Positions 30,285-42,009 are shown, counted from the first letter of the stretch. The stretch is 63,586 nucleotides of DNA from an uncultured Spartobacteria bacterium (GCA_903868795.1 CAIPWR010000048.1:1-63586), one strand, 5' to 3'. Numbers and translations: made by a program. The notes: generated by a model from the letters alone, not told the origin.

Positions 30285-30451
30285 GGTGTGATGGTGATGG
30301 TGGTTTTGTTTTTAAGGATGATGCTCCGCTGGAGCAGCCTGCCCTTGCAGGGATGGACCGAGAATGACGACACGCAGACTACGAAGAGCCAGTGACTTCA
30401 TCAAATCGGAAAAATACAAAACTCCACACGGGGGTCGATGACAAGTGGAGT

Positions 30452-30469
30452 TTGTGAAAAATTTCACAA
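30452..30469. promoter_or_regulatory. Rex-type operator in the serA/atpB divergent region
   Basis: TTGTGAA-AAAT-TTCACAA is an exact match to the Rex consensus TTGTGAANNNNTTCACAA. Confidence 0.7.
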
Positions 30470-30550
30470 GCGGCCAAAAAGCACTTGCCAGAAACGCAAT
30501 ACTTGGGTTTTATCCAGATCCCTTTTTCAAGGTGCCTCGACTTCCATAAA

Positions 30551-31396
30551 ATGGCTTTTCCCATCTCCCTTATTGCAAGCGCTGAACTCTCCGCAGAGTC
30601 GCCGGTTTTTTTAAAAGACTCCTTCCTCGGTTGGCTCACAAACTCGATCCTGGTCACCGCGATTGTTGTGGGAGTCATCGTCTGGGTTGTTCGTGCATGC
30701 ACTCGCAACATGCAGGTGATTCCCGGCCATGGTCAGAATTTTTTGGAAGCCATTGTCGAAGGTTTCTACGGGGCCGTTGAGGGGATCCTGGGACACAAAA
30801 TGACTGTCAAGGCCTTCCCTCTGCTCGCCAGTCTTTTTCTTTTTATCTGTATGGCCGATTGGTCCGGTCTTTTTCCCGGAGTCGGTTCGATCGGGTGGTT
30901 TCATACCCATGATGGGGAGACGGAGTTCACTCCTCTTCTTCGTGGTACGACGGCGGATCTCAATATGACGCTTGCATTGACCGCCGTTTCGATGACCCTC
31001 TGGTTCTACTGGACAATGCGGGTAACTGGTCCTGTTGCGTTCATGAAGGAACTCTTCGGGGTGAAGGGTGGTATGAGCGGTCCTATCCTGCTCTTCCTTG
31101 TTCCTCTCTTTCTTTTTATCGGTCTGCTTGAGGTTATCTCCATTCTAGTCCGTCCTATCTCGCTTTCCTTCCGACTTTACGGCAACGTCTCTGCAGGTGA
31201 GAACCTGATGTCCACAATGATCAACATCGGGAGTCTTCTTCATGCTCCCCAATGGCTTTCCTCGCTCCTTGGGGTGATCGTTCCTATCCCTTTCTATTTT
31301 CTGGAAATCCTTGTCGGCTTTCTTCAAGCCATGATTTTCACCGTGCTGATGATCGTCTACATCCAACTTTCCACAGTTCACGAGGAACAACACTAA
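30551..31396 (+). CDS. atpB: F0F1 ATP synthase subunit a
   Basis: RPISLSFRLYGN with the essential Arg, and LQAMIF. Start at ATG 30551. Confidence 0.96.
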   Translation: MAFPISLIASAELSAESPVFLKDSFLGWLTNSILVTAIVVGVIVWVVRACTRNMQVIPGHGQNFLEAIVEGFYGAVEGILGHKMTVKAFPLLASLFLFICMADWSGLFPGVGSIGWFHTHDGETEFTPLLRGTTADLNMTLALTAVSMTLWFYWTMRVTGPVAFMKELFGVKGGMSGPILLFLVPLFLFIGLLEVISILVRPISLSFRLYGNVSAGENLMSTMINIGSLLHAPQWLSSLLGVIVPIPFYFLEILVGFLQAMIFTVLMIVYIQLSTVHEEQH

Positions 31397-31475
31397 AAAC
31401 ACTTTTGATCGGCGGGACCGTGCAGGACGCGGACGTCGGTCGGAAAACAACACCAACACAAACCAACCAAATCAC

Positions 31476-31709
31476 ATGCTACACGCACTCATCGCTGAAG
31501 CCATTCCAGTAACCGGCAATCTCACCTTCGGTCTCGCCGGCGGTGGCGCAGCCATCGGCATCGGTCTCATCGGAGCCCGCATGGTGGAGGCTATCGGCCG
31601 CAATCCCGCCACTCTGCCCAAGGTCCTCGTCTTCGGTCTCCTAACGATCGCTCTCTCTGAGGCCATGGGTATCTTTGGTCTGATCTTCGGTCTTTTCGCC
31701 GGCAAGTAA
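31476..31709 (+). CDS. atpE: F0F1 ATP synthase subunit c
   Basis: Gly-rich GAAIGIGLIG helix, RNP loop and ion-binding Glu in LSEA. Confidence 0.95.
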   Translation: MLHALIAEAIPVTGNLTFGLAGGGAAIGIGLIGARMVEAIGRNPATLPKVLVFGLLTIALSEAMGIFGLIFGLFAGK

Positions 31710-31720
31710 CACTTAGACTT

Positions 31721-31749
31721 CACGGGTCATCCCCAGCGGATGACCCGTG
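31721..31749 (+). other. Perfect 12-bp stem-loop after atpE with no U-tract
   Basis: CACGGGTCATCC-CCAGC-GGATGACCCGTG. Confidence 0.75.
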
Positions 31750-31790
31750 TCCACTTCTCTCCGTCCTAACTCAAGGGAATCGCAAGACTC

Positions 31791-32306
31791 ATGATTCATC
31801 AAATTCTCGATCAGATCGGCAGCAGCTTCGGCGTCACTTGGCCAAAGTTCGTCGCTCAGCTCGTCCTCTTCCTCATAGCCTATTTTGTTCTGAGCCGTTA
31901 CGCATTCGGCCCGATCATGAAAATCCTCGAGGAGCGTCGCAAGCGCATCGAAGAGGGCCAGCTCAACGCCGAGAAGATCAAGAAACAGTTGGCCGAGGCC
32001 GAACTGCGCTATCAGGAAGTTCTGCGCAAGGCCAACGACGATGCCCAGCATTTGGTCGAGGAATCCCGCAGAAACAACGAGGCGTTTTCCCAGCGAGAGA
32101 TGGAAAAAGCCGTCAAGGAATCGGCCGCTATTGTCGAGCGTGCACGTCACGAGATCGCTTCCGACCGAAACCGCATGGTTGATGAAGTGAAACGCGAGAT
32201 GGTTTCGCTGGTTGTCAAGACCACTGCTCAGGTTGCCGGAAAAGTCCTCTCTCCCGAGGACCAGAAGCGCCTAAGTGAGGAGGCCTCCAAGGAACTCTCT
32301 TCCTAG
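31791..32306 (+). CDS. atpF: F0F1 ATP synthase subunit b
   Basis: N-terminal TM helix, PI..ILEERR..I motif and coiled coil; operon position. Confidence 0.95.
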   Translation: MIHQILDQIGSSFGVTWPKFVAQLVLFLIAYFVLSRYAFGPIMKILEERRKRIEEGQLNAEKIKKQLAEAELRYQEVLRKANDDAQHLVEESRRNNEAFSQREMEKAVKESAAIVERARHEIASDRNRMVDEVKREMVSLVVKTTAQVAGKVLSPEDQKRLSEEASKELSS

Positions 32307-32352
32307 GGGAATCTCGAGATGCTCTCCTAAAACACCCGAATACTCAACAACA

Positions 32353-32742
32353 ATGCAGATCCCCAAGGAAGCGAAGCGCCAAGCTAGGGAACTCTTTGAG
32401 TCCTCCCTTGATGGTGCAGGTCGCCCGGACAACGGCAAGGTACTCTCCATTGCCGATCTGGTGGCGAAGGCCGCCCCGCGTCACTCCGTCCAGATCCTCA
32501 GGGAGTTTGCCAGACTGATCCGTCTTGAGACAGCCAAGCATCATGCCTTGATCGAAAGCGCTACAACCCTTGACGAAGGAACCCGTGACTCGATTCTCAA
32601 GTCCCTTCAGGCACGTGATGGTGGAAGCGTTACGGTCGAGGTCAAGGTCGATCCCTCACTCATTGGCGGCGCGCGCATCCGTCTTGGGAGCGAAGTCTGG
32701 GATGCCTCGGTGCTTTCCCGTCTTGCCCTCCTCAGTTCCTAA
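32353..32742 (+). CDS. atpH: F0F1 ATP synthase subunit delta (short form)
   Basis: C-terminal VDPSLIGG..IR.G..VWDASV. Start at ATG 32353 (MQIPKE). Confidence 0.88.
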   Translation: MQIPKEAKRQARELFESSLDGAGRPDNGKVLSIADLVAKAAPRHSVQILREFARLIRLETAKHHALIESATTLDEGTRDSILKSLQARDGGSVTVEVKVDPSLIGGARIRLGSEVWDASVLSRLALLSS

Positions 32743-32796
32743 TCATCACCCATTTTCCGTCAACCTGCACCCACATCCTTTCAACACACACAAACC

Positions 32797-34332
32797 ATGA
32801 GCAACCTCCTGCAAGAACTTGAAGCAAAGATCAGCGGTCTTTCCAATACGACCGCCGCAAAATCCAATGTCGGAACCGTCCGCGAGATCGGTGACGGTGT
32901 CGCCCGCATCGAGGGGCTCGGCGGCGTCATGCTCAACGAGATGCTTGAATTCCCGGGCGGAATCTATGGCCTGGCGCTCAACCTTGAGGAGACCGAGGTC
33001 GGGGCGATTGTGCTCGGTGATTACACCTCGATCTCCGAGGGTGACGAGGTGAAGACCACCGGCCGCCTCCTCGAGGTGCCGGTTGGTAAAGAACTTCTTG
33101 GTCGCGTCGTTGACTCGCTCGGGCAGCCGATCGACGGAAAGGGACCCATCCAGTCGAAGACCTTCTATCCCGTCGAGAAGATTGCTCCCGGCATCATCAA
33201 ACGTCAGAGCGTCAGCCAGCCGCTCAGCACGGGAATCATGTCCGTCGATGCGATGATTCCTATCGGTCGTGGTCAGCGCGAGCTCATCATTGGCGATCGT
33301 GCAACCGGCAAGACCACCATTGCGATCGACACGATCATCAATCAGGCCAACATTAACCGCGCCGGCGAGGCATCGGGTGATCCCTCCTTCCGTCCGGTTT
33401 ACAGCATCTACGTTGGTGTTGGTCAGAAGAATGCCAACATCGCCCGCGTTGTTGACACGCTTTCCTCCCACGATGCTCTCAAGTACACGATCATCGTATC
33501 GGCTCCAGCATCCGATAGCGCCACGAACCAGTACCTAGCTCCCTTCTCCGGGGCTGCTATGGGTGAGTGGTTCATGGACAATGGCATGGATGCCTTGATT
33601 GTTTTTGACGATCTCTCCAAGCATGCTGTGGCCTATCGCCAGATCTCCCTGCTTCTCAAGCGCCCTTCGGGTCGTGAAGCTTATCCTGGTGATGTTTTCT
33701 ATCTCCACAGCCGCCTTCTTGAGCGTTCCGCTCGTCTCAGTGAAAAGGCAGGTAATGGATCCCTCACGGCTCTTCCGATCATCGAGACCCAGGCCGGAGA
33801 CGTCTCTGCCTACATTCCTACGAACGTTATTTCGATTACGGACGGTCAAATCTACCTCGAGACCGATCTTTTCTATCAGGGTATCCGTCCCGCTATTTCT
33901 GTGGGTCTCTCCGTTTCCCGAGTTGGTTCGGCAGCCCAGATCAAGGCAACGAAGCAGGTGGCTGGAAAGCTCAAGGGTGACCTTGCGCAGTTCCGTGAGC
34001 TTGCAGCCTTCGCTCAGTTTGGCAGTGATCTCGACGCCCGCACCAAGTCCCAACTCGACCGTGGTGGACGTATCGTGGAGCTTTTCAAGCAGCATCAGTA
34101 CAACCCTATTTCCGTGGAGCTTCAGGTTGCCATCCTCTGGGCAATGCAGAAGGGATACTTCGATGCCATCCCGGTTGAGCGCGTGAAGGATTTCCAGAAT
34201 CAGCTCTCCGAATTCATGCAGACCCGCAAGGAGTCCGTGCTTGGACTCATCCACAAGAAGGGAGCAATTGACGCGGAGATCGAGAAAGAGCTCACCACGG
34301 CCGTTGATGAGTTCAAGGTGATCTTCCGCTAA
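32797..34332 (+). CDS. atpA: F1 ATP synthase subunit alpha
   Basis: [35 protein letters not shown] and SVSRVG. Confidence 0.98.
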   Translation: MSNLLQELEAKISGLSNTTAAKSNVGTVREIGDGVARIEGLGGVMLNEMLEFPGGIYGLALNLEETEVGAIVLGDYTSISEGDEVKTTGRLLEVPVGKELLGRVVDSLGQPIDGKGPIQSKTFYPVEKIAPGIIKRQSVSQPLSTGIMSVDAMIPIGRGQRELIIGDRATGKTTIAIDTIINQANINRAGEASGDPSFRPVYSIYVGVGQKNANIARVVDTLSSHDALKYTIIVSAPASDSATNQYLAPFSGAAMGEWFMDNGMDALIVFDDLSKHAVAYRQISLLLKRPSGREAYPGDVFYLHSRLLERSARLSEKAGNGSLTALPIIETQAGDVSAYIPTNVISITDGQIYLETDLFYQGIRPAISVGLSVSRVGSAAQIKATKQVAGKLKGDLAQFRELAAFAQFGSDLDARTKSQLDRGGRIVELFKQHQYNPISVELQVAILWAMQKGYFDAIPVERVKDFQNQLSEFMQTRKESVLGLIHKKGAIDAEIEKELTTAVDEFKVIFR

Positions 34333-34376
34333 GTCCCACTAACAACTTTCGCCAGCACAACGCACCCGAGTAGCTC

Positions 34377-35252
34377 ATGGCTAATACCCGCGACATCCGC
34401 CGACGCATTAAGTCGGTCAAGAACACTGCCCAGATCACGAAGGCAATGCAGATGGTCGCCGCATCTAAGATGCGCAAGGCGCAGCAGGCTGCACTCGCCG
34501 GTCATCCGTACTCTCAAGTTCTCAACAGAGTTCTTGTTTCTCTGCGCGACATGGTCAGTGCGGATTCGCATCCGTTACTGGAGGTTCGTCCAATCAAGAA
34601 GACGCTCGTTTTGCTCGTCACCTCCGACAAGGGGCTTTGCGGTGCGCTTAACACCAACGTCCTTCGTGAGACCGCCCAGCTTGATCAGGAAAATACTCTC
34701 TTCGTTGCCTCTGGTAAAAAGGGAGCCTCTTTTCTCGCAAGAACCGGTCGCAACATGATCGCTGACTTTGCTCTTCCTGATAACCCGACCTTCCTTCAGA
34801 CCAAGGCCATCTCGAAGTTCTGTCTCGAAAAGTTCCTCTCTGGCGAGGTTGATCGCGTCGATGTACTCTATCCGAAGTTCGTCAATACCTTGGTCCAGAA
34901 ACCCCTTATTGTCACTCTTCTCCCCATTACTGATGAGAAGGCTGCTGGGGTTTCCCCCACTGGTGCTGACCATCCTTCAAACGAAGCAACGGGAGCGCAG
35001 TACTTGTTCGAGCCAGATGCAGATGAGGTTCTTAATTCCGTACTCCCTTACTATTTTCATTTCGAGGTATTCCAGATGATCCTGGATGCCCGTGCATCTG
35101 AACAGAGCGCCCGCATGGTTGCCATGAAGAGCGCTACCGATAATGCGAAGAGCCTCGTGAAGGATCTCACACTCGAATACAACAAGGCTCGTCAGGCGAG
35201 TATCACCACTGAGCTTCTCGAGATCACAACGGCCCAGATGGCTCTTGCTTAA
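34377..35252 (+). CDS. atpG: F1 ATP synthase subunit gamma
   Basis: QITKAMQMVA, DKGLCG and ARQASITTELLEI. Confidence 0.98.
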   Translation: MANTRDIRRRIKSVKNTAQITKAMQMVAASKMRKAQQAALAGHPYSQVLNRVLVSLRDMVSADSHPLLEVRPIKKTLVLLVTSDKGLCGALNTNVLRETAQLDQENTLFVASGKKGASFLARTGRNMIADFALPDNPTFLQTKAISKFCLEKFLSGEVDRVDVLYPKFVNTLVQKPLIVTLLPITDEKAAGVSPTGADHPSNEATGAQYLFEPDADEVLNSVLPYYFHFEVFQMILDARASEQSARMVAMKSATDNAKSLVKDLTLEYNKARQASITTELLEITTAQMALA

Positions 35253-35259
35253 CAATTAA

Positions 35260-36798
<1,539 letters not shown>

Positions 36799-37209
36799 AT
36801 GAACTCTCTCCAACTCGAGATCGTCACCCCGGAGGCGCGCGTCTTTACCGGAAGCGCGCAGATGGTGATTGCTCCCGGGTCGGAGGGTGGGCTCGGCATT
36901 CTGCCGGATCACATGCCTCTGATGACGGAGATCCTTCCTGGGGAGGTCCTTGTGACCACTGAAGATGGCGAGCTTTCCTTTGCTGTCGGCGGTGGATTTC
37001 TTGAGGTATTACCCGATCGCGTTTCGATTCTCACAGACATGGCACTTGTCGAGTCGGAGATCGATGAGAAGGCAGCTGAGGAGGCTGTTGCTCGTGCCGA
37101 GAAAGAGATGCGTGATAAGGTTCTCTCGAGCGAGGAACTTGCCACCGTACAAGCATCCCTTCTGAGATCACTGGCACAGCTTCACGTGAAGCGTCGCACA
37201 CACCGGTAA
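36799..37209 (+). CDS. atpC: F1 ATP synthase subunit epsilon
   Basis: LEIVTPE, GILPDH and GGFLEV. Confidence 0.96.
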   Translation: MNSLQLEIVTPEARVFTGSAQMVIAPGSEGGLGILPDHMPLMTEILPGEVLVTTEDGELSFAVGGGFLEVLPDRVSILTDMALVESEIDEKAAEEAVARAEKEMRDKVLSSEELATVQASLLRSLAQLHVKRRTHR

Positions 37210-37255
37210 GGGATTTTTATCCTTTCCTCTACTTAAGGAACTTCGTTAAGGGCGC

Positions 37256-37906
37256 ATGCCAGTTGCCCCCTCAACTTGTGGCGAGTTGCTGGCCCAGTGC
37301 TTGGCTTCTAACCGTTTGATTATCGGCCAGATTCTTCTTGGTGGTGACTACTCCATGCGTCATGTCGATGACGCTCACCATGACAAATTGGAGCAGTTTA
37401 CCTCTCCTCAGGATGCTCGGAATATCGCGCGGTATGATGAGCAAGGGGAGTTCCGTCCCCTGAAAACAGCCCCGAATCTGAGACGTGGTTGGCGCCTCAA
37501 ACTCGCCTCGCTTGAGGAACTGGAGCTTGCTCTGGAGTATTTTTATCCCGCTTCCCTAGGCCTTTGGCTTTCTTTCCTGAAAGGGACTCTTAAGACCACG
37601 AGTCTGCGTGAGACGTTGGACCGCCAGACAGGCATGTACCGGATCACGCAATTGTTAAAGCCGGATCAAGCTGTGGATCTTGTCTCGAAATGCTGTGCCC
37701 CCCAAGGGAGTGAGGGTGGTGGATGCCTCCGTACTATTCTCTGGGATCTGGCCCCCGGAGAGCCGCTCACCGGCCTTCCCGAGGAGAAGCTCTCCCTTCA
37801 GGATCTTCCCCCTGATCGGATCCCCTTGATCTGTCGTGAGCTTTGTAATCTCGTTGTCGCGGCAGCCCGTCCCATCGCGAAAGGTAACCTCCCCAAGAAG
37901 GATTAG
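37256..37906 (+). CDS. DR2241-family protein (stand-alone, probably Fe-S binding)
   Basis: GEFRPLKTAPNLRRGW, RQTGMY, CC...GCLR..LW and CRELCN motifs recalled from the DR2241 family. Confidence 0.7.
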   Translation: MPVAPSTCGELLAQCLASNRLIIGQILLGGDYSMRHVDDAHHDKLEQFTSPQDARNIARYDEQGEFRPLKTAPNLRRGWRLKLASLEELELALEYFYPASLGLWLSFLKGTLKTTSLRETLDRQTGMYRITQLLKPDQAVDLVSKCCAPQGSEGGGCLRTILWDLAPGEPLTGLPEEKLSLQDLPPDRIPLICRELCNLVVAAARPIAKGNLPKKD

Positions 37907-37940
37907 GGCGAAGGAGCTCTGTACTAGTAGCCGTCACGCC

Positions 37941-39182
37941 ATGCCGACCCCCGAAGCAACACGGCTCTACAGGGGATCGAGCGTTCTTACGATGAGTTCA
38001 CCTCCCATCTCCGATGGGGGACTTGCAGTAAGGGGTAGTGAGGTTCTGGCAGTGGGCAGATGGAAGGACCTCCTCTCCGAGCATCCTGCCGCTATTCAGG
38101 AAGACCTCGGAGAGGTGATTCTGATGCCCGGCCTGATTAATGCCCATTGCCATCTTGACTATACAATGATGAGGGGAGCGCTCTTTGGGGGGGGGGCATT
38201 TGCAGAATGGATTCAGAGACTGAACTCCATGCGTCGCTCGCTGGACCAGAAGGATTATTTGGATGCCATCGCTGCGGGGTTGAAGGAACTGCGTCAGTGG
38301 GGATGCTCCACGGTCTTCAATATCGAGTCTTTTCCGGAATTGGTTCCCTTTCTGCCGGAGTCCCCGATCAGGGTCTGGTGGTTCCTTGAAGTGATGGACG
38401 TGAGGAGTCGCCTCCATTCCGCCGAAGCCTTGGCGGGGGCAATCTATTTTTTTGAGAAGGCGGGTGAGGGGGTCGGAGGCTTTGGGATCTCTCCCCATGC
38501 TCCCTACACGGTCTCCCGCGATCTCTACGAACTCTCCTCGACCTACGCCCGCAAATACCATCTTCCACTCTGCACTCATTTGGCTGAGTCCGATGAAGAG
38601 ATGCACATGTTTGCGAAGGGGGAGGGGCTTCTCTATGAGTTTTTGCACTCCATTGGCCGTCCGATGGATGATTGTCATGGTAAAACCCCGGTGCAGGTGG
38701 TGCTAGGGGGTGGACTTGTTCCCGAGGGATCAATCCTTGTTCATATGAATCATCTGGCCGCTGGCGACCGAGAGTTCATGGAGCGCTCCTCCGGGCGCTA
38801 TCATGTGGTGCATTGCCCCAGAACCCATGCCTTCTTCGAGCGACCTCCCTTTGATTTGAATTTTTTCCTAGAAAATAACATCCCTCTCCTCCTGGGAACC
38901 GACAGTCTGGCAAGCAATCACGACCTCAATATGTTTGCCGAGATGAGGGCCCTTGCAGATGCGTTTCCGCTTCTGGATCCCGATAAAATCCTTCCCATGG
39001 TAACGACAGCTCCCGCTGCTGCCGTCGGTCGTTCCGGTAGGCTTGGGGAGCTTTCTCCTGGAGCTCTTGCTGATTTCATCGCGATTCCTGATCCGGCACC
39101 GCATGCCGGGATCAAGGGAGTTGCGGAACGGGTGCTCGCCAACAGGACTCCTCCGAAGGTATGGATCTCAGGTCAATCATGA
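37941..39182 (+). CDS. Metal-dependent amidohydrolase (nucleoside deaminase-like; MqnF/MtaD clade possible)
   Basis: PGLINAHCHL, SPHAPY, HLAES, HCPR and GTDSLAS. Start at ATG 37941. Confidence 0.85.
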   Translation: MPTPEATRLYRGSSVLTMSSPPISDGGLAVRGSEVLAVGRWKDLLSEHPAAIQEDLGEVILMPGLINAHCHLDYTMMRGALFGGGAFAEWIQRLNSMRRSLDQKDYLDAIAAGLKELRQWGCSTVFNIESFPELVPFLPESPIRVWWFLEVMDVRSRLHSAEALAGAIYFFEKAGEGVGGFGISPHAPYTVSRDLYELSSTYARKYHLPLCTHLAESDEEMHMFAKGEGLLYEFLHSIGRPMDDCHGKTPVQVVLGGGLVPEGSILVHMNHLAAGDREFMERSSGRYHVVHCPRTHAFFERPPFDLNFFLENNIPLLLGTDSLASNHDLNMFAEMRALADAFPLLDPDKILPMVTTAPAAAVGRSGRLGELSPGALADFIAIPDPAPHAGIKGVAERVLANRTPPKVWISGQS

Positions 39183-41137
39183 GTGGCCTTCAATCGTTTT
39201 TTGCTTGGACTGCTTCCAGGTCTTGGTTTTCAAGACTTCTGCTGTTTCTTGTGCTTCTCGTCGTGGCATCCGTCTACGTCCAGGTGCTTGGTTATCACTT
39301 TCTCCCATTCTGGGATGATGATACCAATATCCATCGAAACCCCCTCTATGCGCCGCTCTCATGGGGAAGCGTGTCCACCTTTTGGAAGGCTCCTTTCCAG
39401 CAACTCTACATTCCCGTTACCTATTCTGTTTGGGCCGGACTTGTTGCTCTTTCGCGCATCGTTGCAGGAACCAGCATCAGTTTCGGGCCGATCAATGCCG
39501 CGCTGTTTCATGGAACGAATCTGATGATTCATCTCCTCTCGACAGGCATGGTGTTTCTAATACTTCGAAGAATGCTGGGAGCTCGGTTATCCACCGTGCC
39601 TAATGACTCTATTTCCTCCTCACGGGTTCTTTTGGCTTCATCAGCGGGAGCCCTTGCCTTCGGGCTTCACCCGATCCAGGTAGAAGCTGTTGCGTGGGTT
39701 TCGGGATTGCGCGACCTCCTTGGAGGGGCTTTTTCCCTGGCATCACTGGCTCTTTTTCTTTCATGGATCGATTGTTCTGGCAGGAATGCCCGGCAAGTCT
39801 TCCGGTATCTTGCAGCAACGCTTCTCCTGCTCCTGGCCTTCGGTTCCAAGCCGGGGAGTGTCGTGACGCCCGCGCTGGCACTGCTCTGTGGTGCATGGCT
39901 GTTGAGGGTCAGGGGTCGCTCTCTCAAGCCACTGCTCTGGCTGATTCCCTGGTTTATCGTGGCGGTGCTGGAAGTGATGATGACCTCGAAGGCTCAGCCC
40001 GCGGCGGAACTCGCCCGCTCTCTGGTACCATTGTGGGCTAGGCCTCTTGTGGCGGGTGATGCGATCGCTTTTTACCTCTGGAAACTTCTCTGGCCCGCTG
40101 ATCCTTGGGGTCTCTGTGCCGATTATGGGCGCTCTCCCAACGCCCTTATGTCTGCGGGTGTCCTTTACTGGAGTTGGATGGTTCCAACACTCCTTTGTTC
40201 CCTTCTGGTATTCTTCAAGAAAGCCCGCCCTTACCTGCTTCCTGCCGCGCTCATGGTTATCGGAGTCCTTCCCACCTTGGGACTGATTCCTTTTAACTTC
40301 CAGGTCGTCTCCACGGTGAGTGACCGCTATCTCTATCTCGGGATGCTTGGTCCAGCATTGGCATTTGCGATGCTGATTTGCGAAGCCCGTCCACGGATAG
40401 CCGTTCTTCTTGCGATCGTTTTTCTCCCCTTTTGGACGGTTCTATCGCTCCTCCAGTTGCCGCAATGGGCTGGTGGCGAATTCTTCTTTCCTGCCACGCT
40501 TGCTCGCAATCCAACGAGTTGGAAGTCCCGTCATAACTATGCATGCACGCTCGATGCGCAGGGGAAACTTCCCGAGGCCCTGAAGGAATTCGTCGAGGCC
40601 ATCCGTCTGCGCCCCTCGAATGCAGAGGCCTACAATGACATGGCCCTGACGCTCTTAAAAATGGGGCGTCGTCAGGAAGCGATCCAAGGGTTTCAACAAT
40701 CACTCCAGGTGAGGGCGACGACCGGAGCTGCTCGGAATCTTGCTGCAGCTCTACTGATGAGCGGTGAAGCTGCAAAGGCTGCCCAGGTTTACCGACTTGC
40801 GATGCAGATCGACCCGGGTGATTTGCAGGATCAGCGTGCCCTGGCGTGGCTTCTTGCCACCCATCCCGATCCGGGGATCCGTAACGGTCAGGAAGCGGTC
40901 TCTCTTTCCCGGCAGATCGTTGAAGCAACAAACGGGCAGGTTCCTCTCTTTCTTCTGACCTATGCCGCAGCCTTGGCGGAAAGCGGCACATTTGATGAGG
41001 CATCGCAGGTCGCCGCGATGGCCGCGAATGCCTACCAGCGTTCGGGAGATCCTTCGATGGCGCAGATGATTCAGACAAGGGTGCTCCCTGCTCTTGGGGC
41101 TCACCAACCGATCAGGGATAACTCGCCTTCGCAGTGA
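39179..41137 (+). CDS. TMTC-like polytopic membrane protein (GT-C-like) with C-terminal TPRs
   Basis: TM1 followed by WDD; FHGTNL..H, HPIQVEAVAW, SKP and DRYLY, then TPR repeats. ATG overlaps the upstream stop (ATGA). Confidence 0.75.
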   Translation: MSGLQSFFAWTASRSWFSRLLLFLVLLVVASVYVQVLGYHFLPFWDDDTNIHRNPLYAPLSWGSVSTFWKAPFQQLYIPVTYSVWAGLVALSRIVAGTSISFGPINAALFHGTNLMIHLLSTGMVFLILRRMLGARLSTVPNDSISSSRVLLASSAGALAFGLHPIQVEAVAWVSGLRDLLGGAFSLASLALFLSWIDCSGRNARQVFRYLAATLLLLLAFGSKPGSVVTPALALLCGAWLLRVRGRSLKPLLWLIPWFIVAVLEVMMTSKAQPAAELARSLVPLWARPLVAGDAIAFYLWKLLWPADPWGLCADYGRSPNALMSAGVLYWSWMVPTLLCSLLVFFKKARPYLLPAALMVIGVLPTLGLIPFNFQVVSTVSDRYLYLGMLGPALAFAMLICEARPRIAVLLAIVFLPFWTVLSLLQLPQWAGGEFFFPATLARNPTSWKSRHNYACTLDAQGKLPEALKEFVEAIRLRPSNAEAYNDMALTLLKMGRRQEAIQGFQQSLQVRATTGAARNLAAALLMSGEAAKAAQVYRLAMQIDPGDLQDQRALAWLLATHPDPGIRNGQEAVSLSRQIVEATNGQVPLFLLTYAAALAESGTFDEASQVAAMAANAYQRSGDPSMAQMIQTRVLPALGAHQPIRDNSPSQ

Positions 41138-41202
41138 ATGGCACTGGGAGTTGACGAGGATCTTCTTGCACTCCGAAGCAGTAGCAGTAACCCTCCGCCA
41201 CC

Positions 41203-41940
41203 ATGACTCCACGCACTCGCTCCAACAACAGGGCTTCTGACAAGCTCAGGGAAATCACCTTTCAGACCGGTATTGCTCCTCAAGCTTCTGGCTCCGTACT
41301 TATTTCCTTCGGTCGCACTCAGGTTCTTTGCGCCGCAAGCATTGAAGAGGGTGTACCCCGCTGGATGAAAGAGCAGGGCGTGACGGGCGGATGGCTGACT
41401 GCAGAGTATTCGATGCTTCCCTATTCCACGGCTCCGCGAAAGCAGCGCGATAGCTCTCGTGGAAAGATTGACGGACGCTCCACGGAGATCCAGAGACTGA
41501 TTGGCAGATCTCTTCGTGCCGGCATCGATCTCGAGGGGTTGGGTTCCCGAACCCTCTGGGTCGATTGCGATGTCCTTCAGGCCGATGGGGGCACGCGAAC
41601 GGCATCCATTACCGGTGCAAGCGTTGCCATAGCACTGGCCTGCAACAAACTTGTGAAGGAGGGAAAAATCGCCAAGAGCCCGGTCTCGCGACAGGTCGCC
41701 GCGGTGAGTGTCGGCGTCGTTGATTCCGAGGTTCTTCTCGATCTGGATTATCCCGAGGATCGGGATGCCGAAGTCGACCTCAACCTCGTGATGACTGGAA
41801 ATCTCGAGTTTATCGAGCTTCAGGCCTCGGGTGAGGAGAATGTCTTTGGTGATGCGCAACTGGCCACGATGCTTGAATATGGCCGCCGTGGGATCTCCGA
41901 ATTGGTCGCCCGACAGCAGGAAATTCTAGCTTTGGGGTAA
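41203..41940 (+). CDS. rph: Ribonuclease PH
   Basis: GWLTAEYSMLP, EIQRLIGRSLR and CDVLQADGGTRTASITG. Confidence 0.97.
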   Translation: MTPRTRSNNRASDKLREITFQTGIAPQASGSVLISFGRTQVLCAASIEEGVPRWMKEQGVTGGWLTAEYSMLPYSTAPRKQRDSSRGKIDGRSTEIQRLIGRSLRAGIDLEGLGSRTLWVDCDVLQADGGTRTASITGASVAIALACNKLVKEGKIAKSPVSRQVAAVSVGVVDSEVLLDLDYPEDRDAEVDLNLVMTGNLEFIELQASGEENVFGDAQLATMLEYGRRGISELVARQQEILALG

Positions 41941-42009
41941 AAATCACCTCAAAAATCCTTGACCCCGAGGACGACAACTGACCATATCAACAACTCAATA
42001 AATTTCATT

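Noticed and set aside
28845-30395. 516-aa ORF antisense to serA
   Set aside because: Codon-register mirror of a strongly biased gene, with no recognisable motifs. Treated as a shadow ORF.
30285-30410. Riboswitch in the serA leader (small hairpins CCCTGCAAGGG and TGCTCCAGCGGAGCA on the minus strand)
   Set aside because: No match by eye to glycine, ZTP, SAM, SAH or THF consensus. An Rfam scan would be needed.
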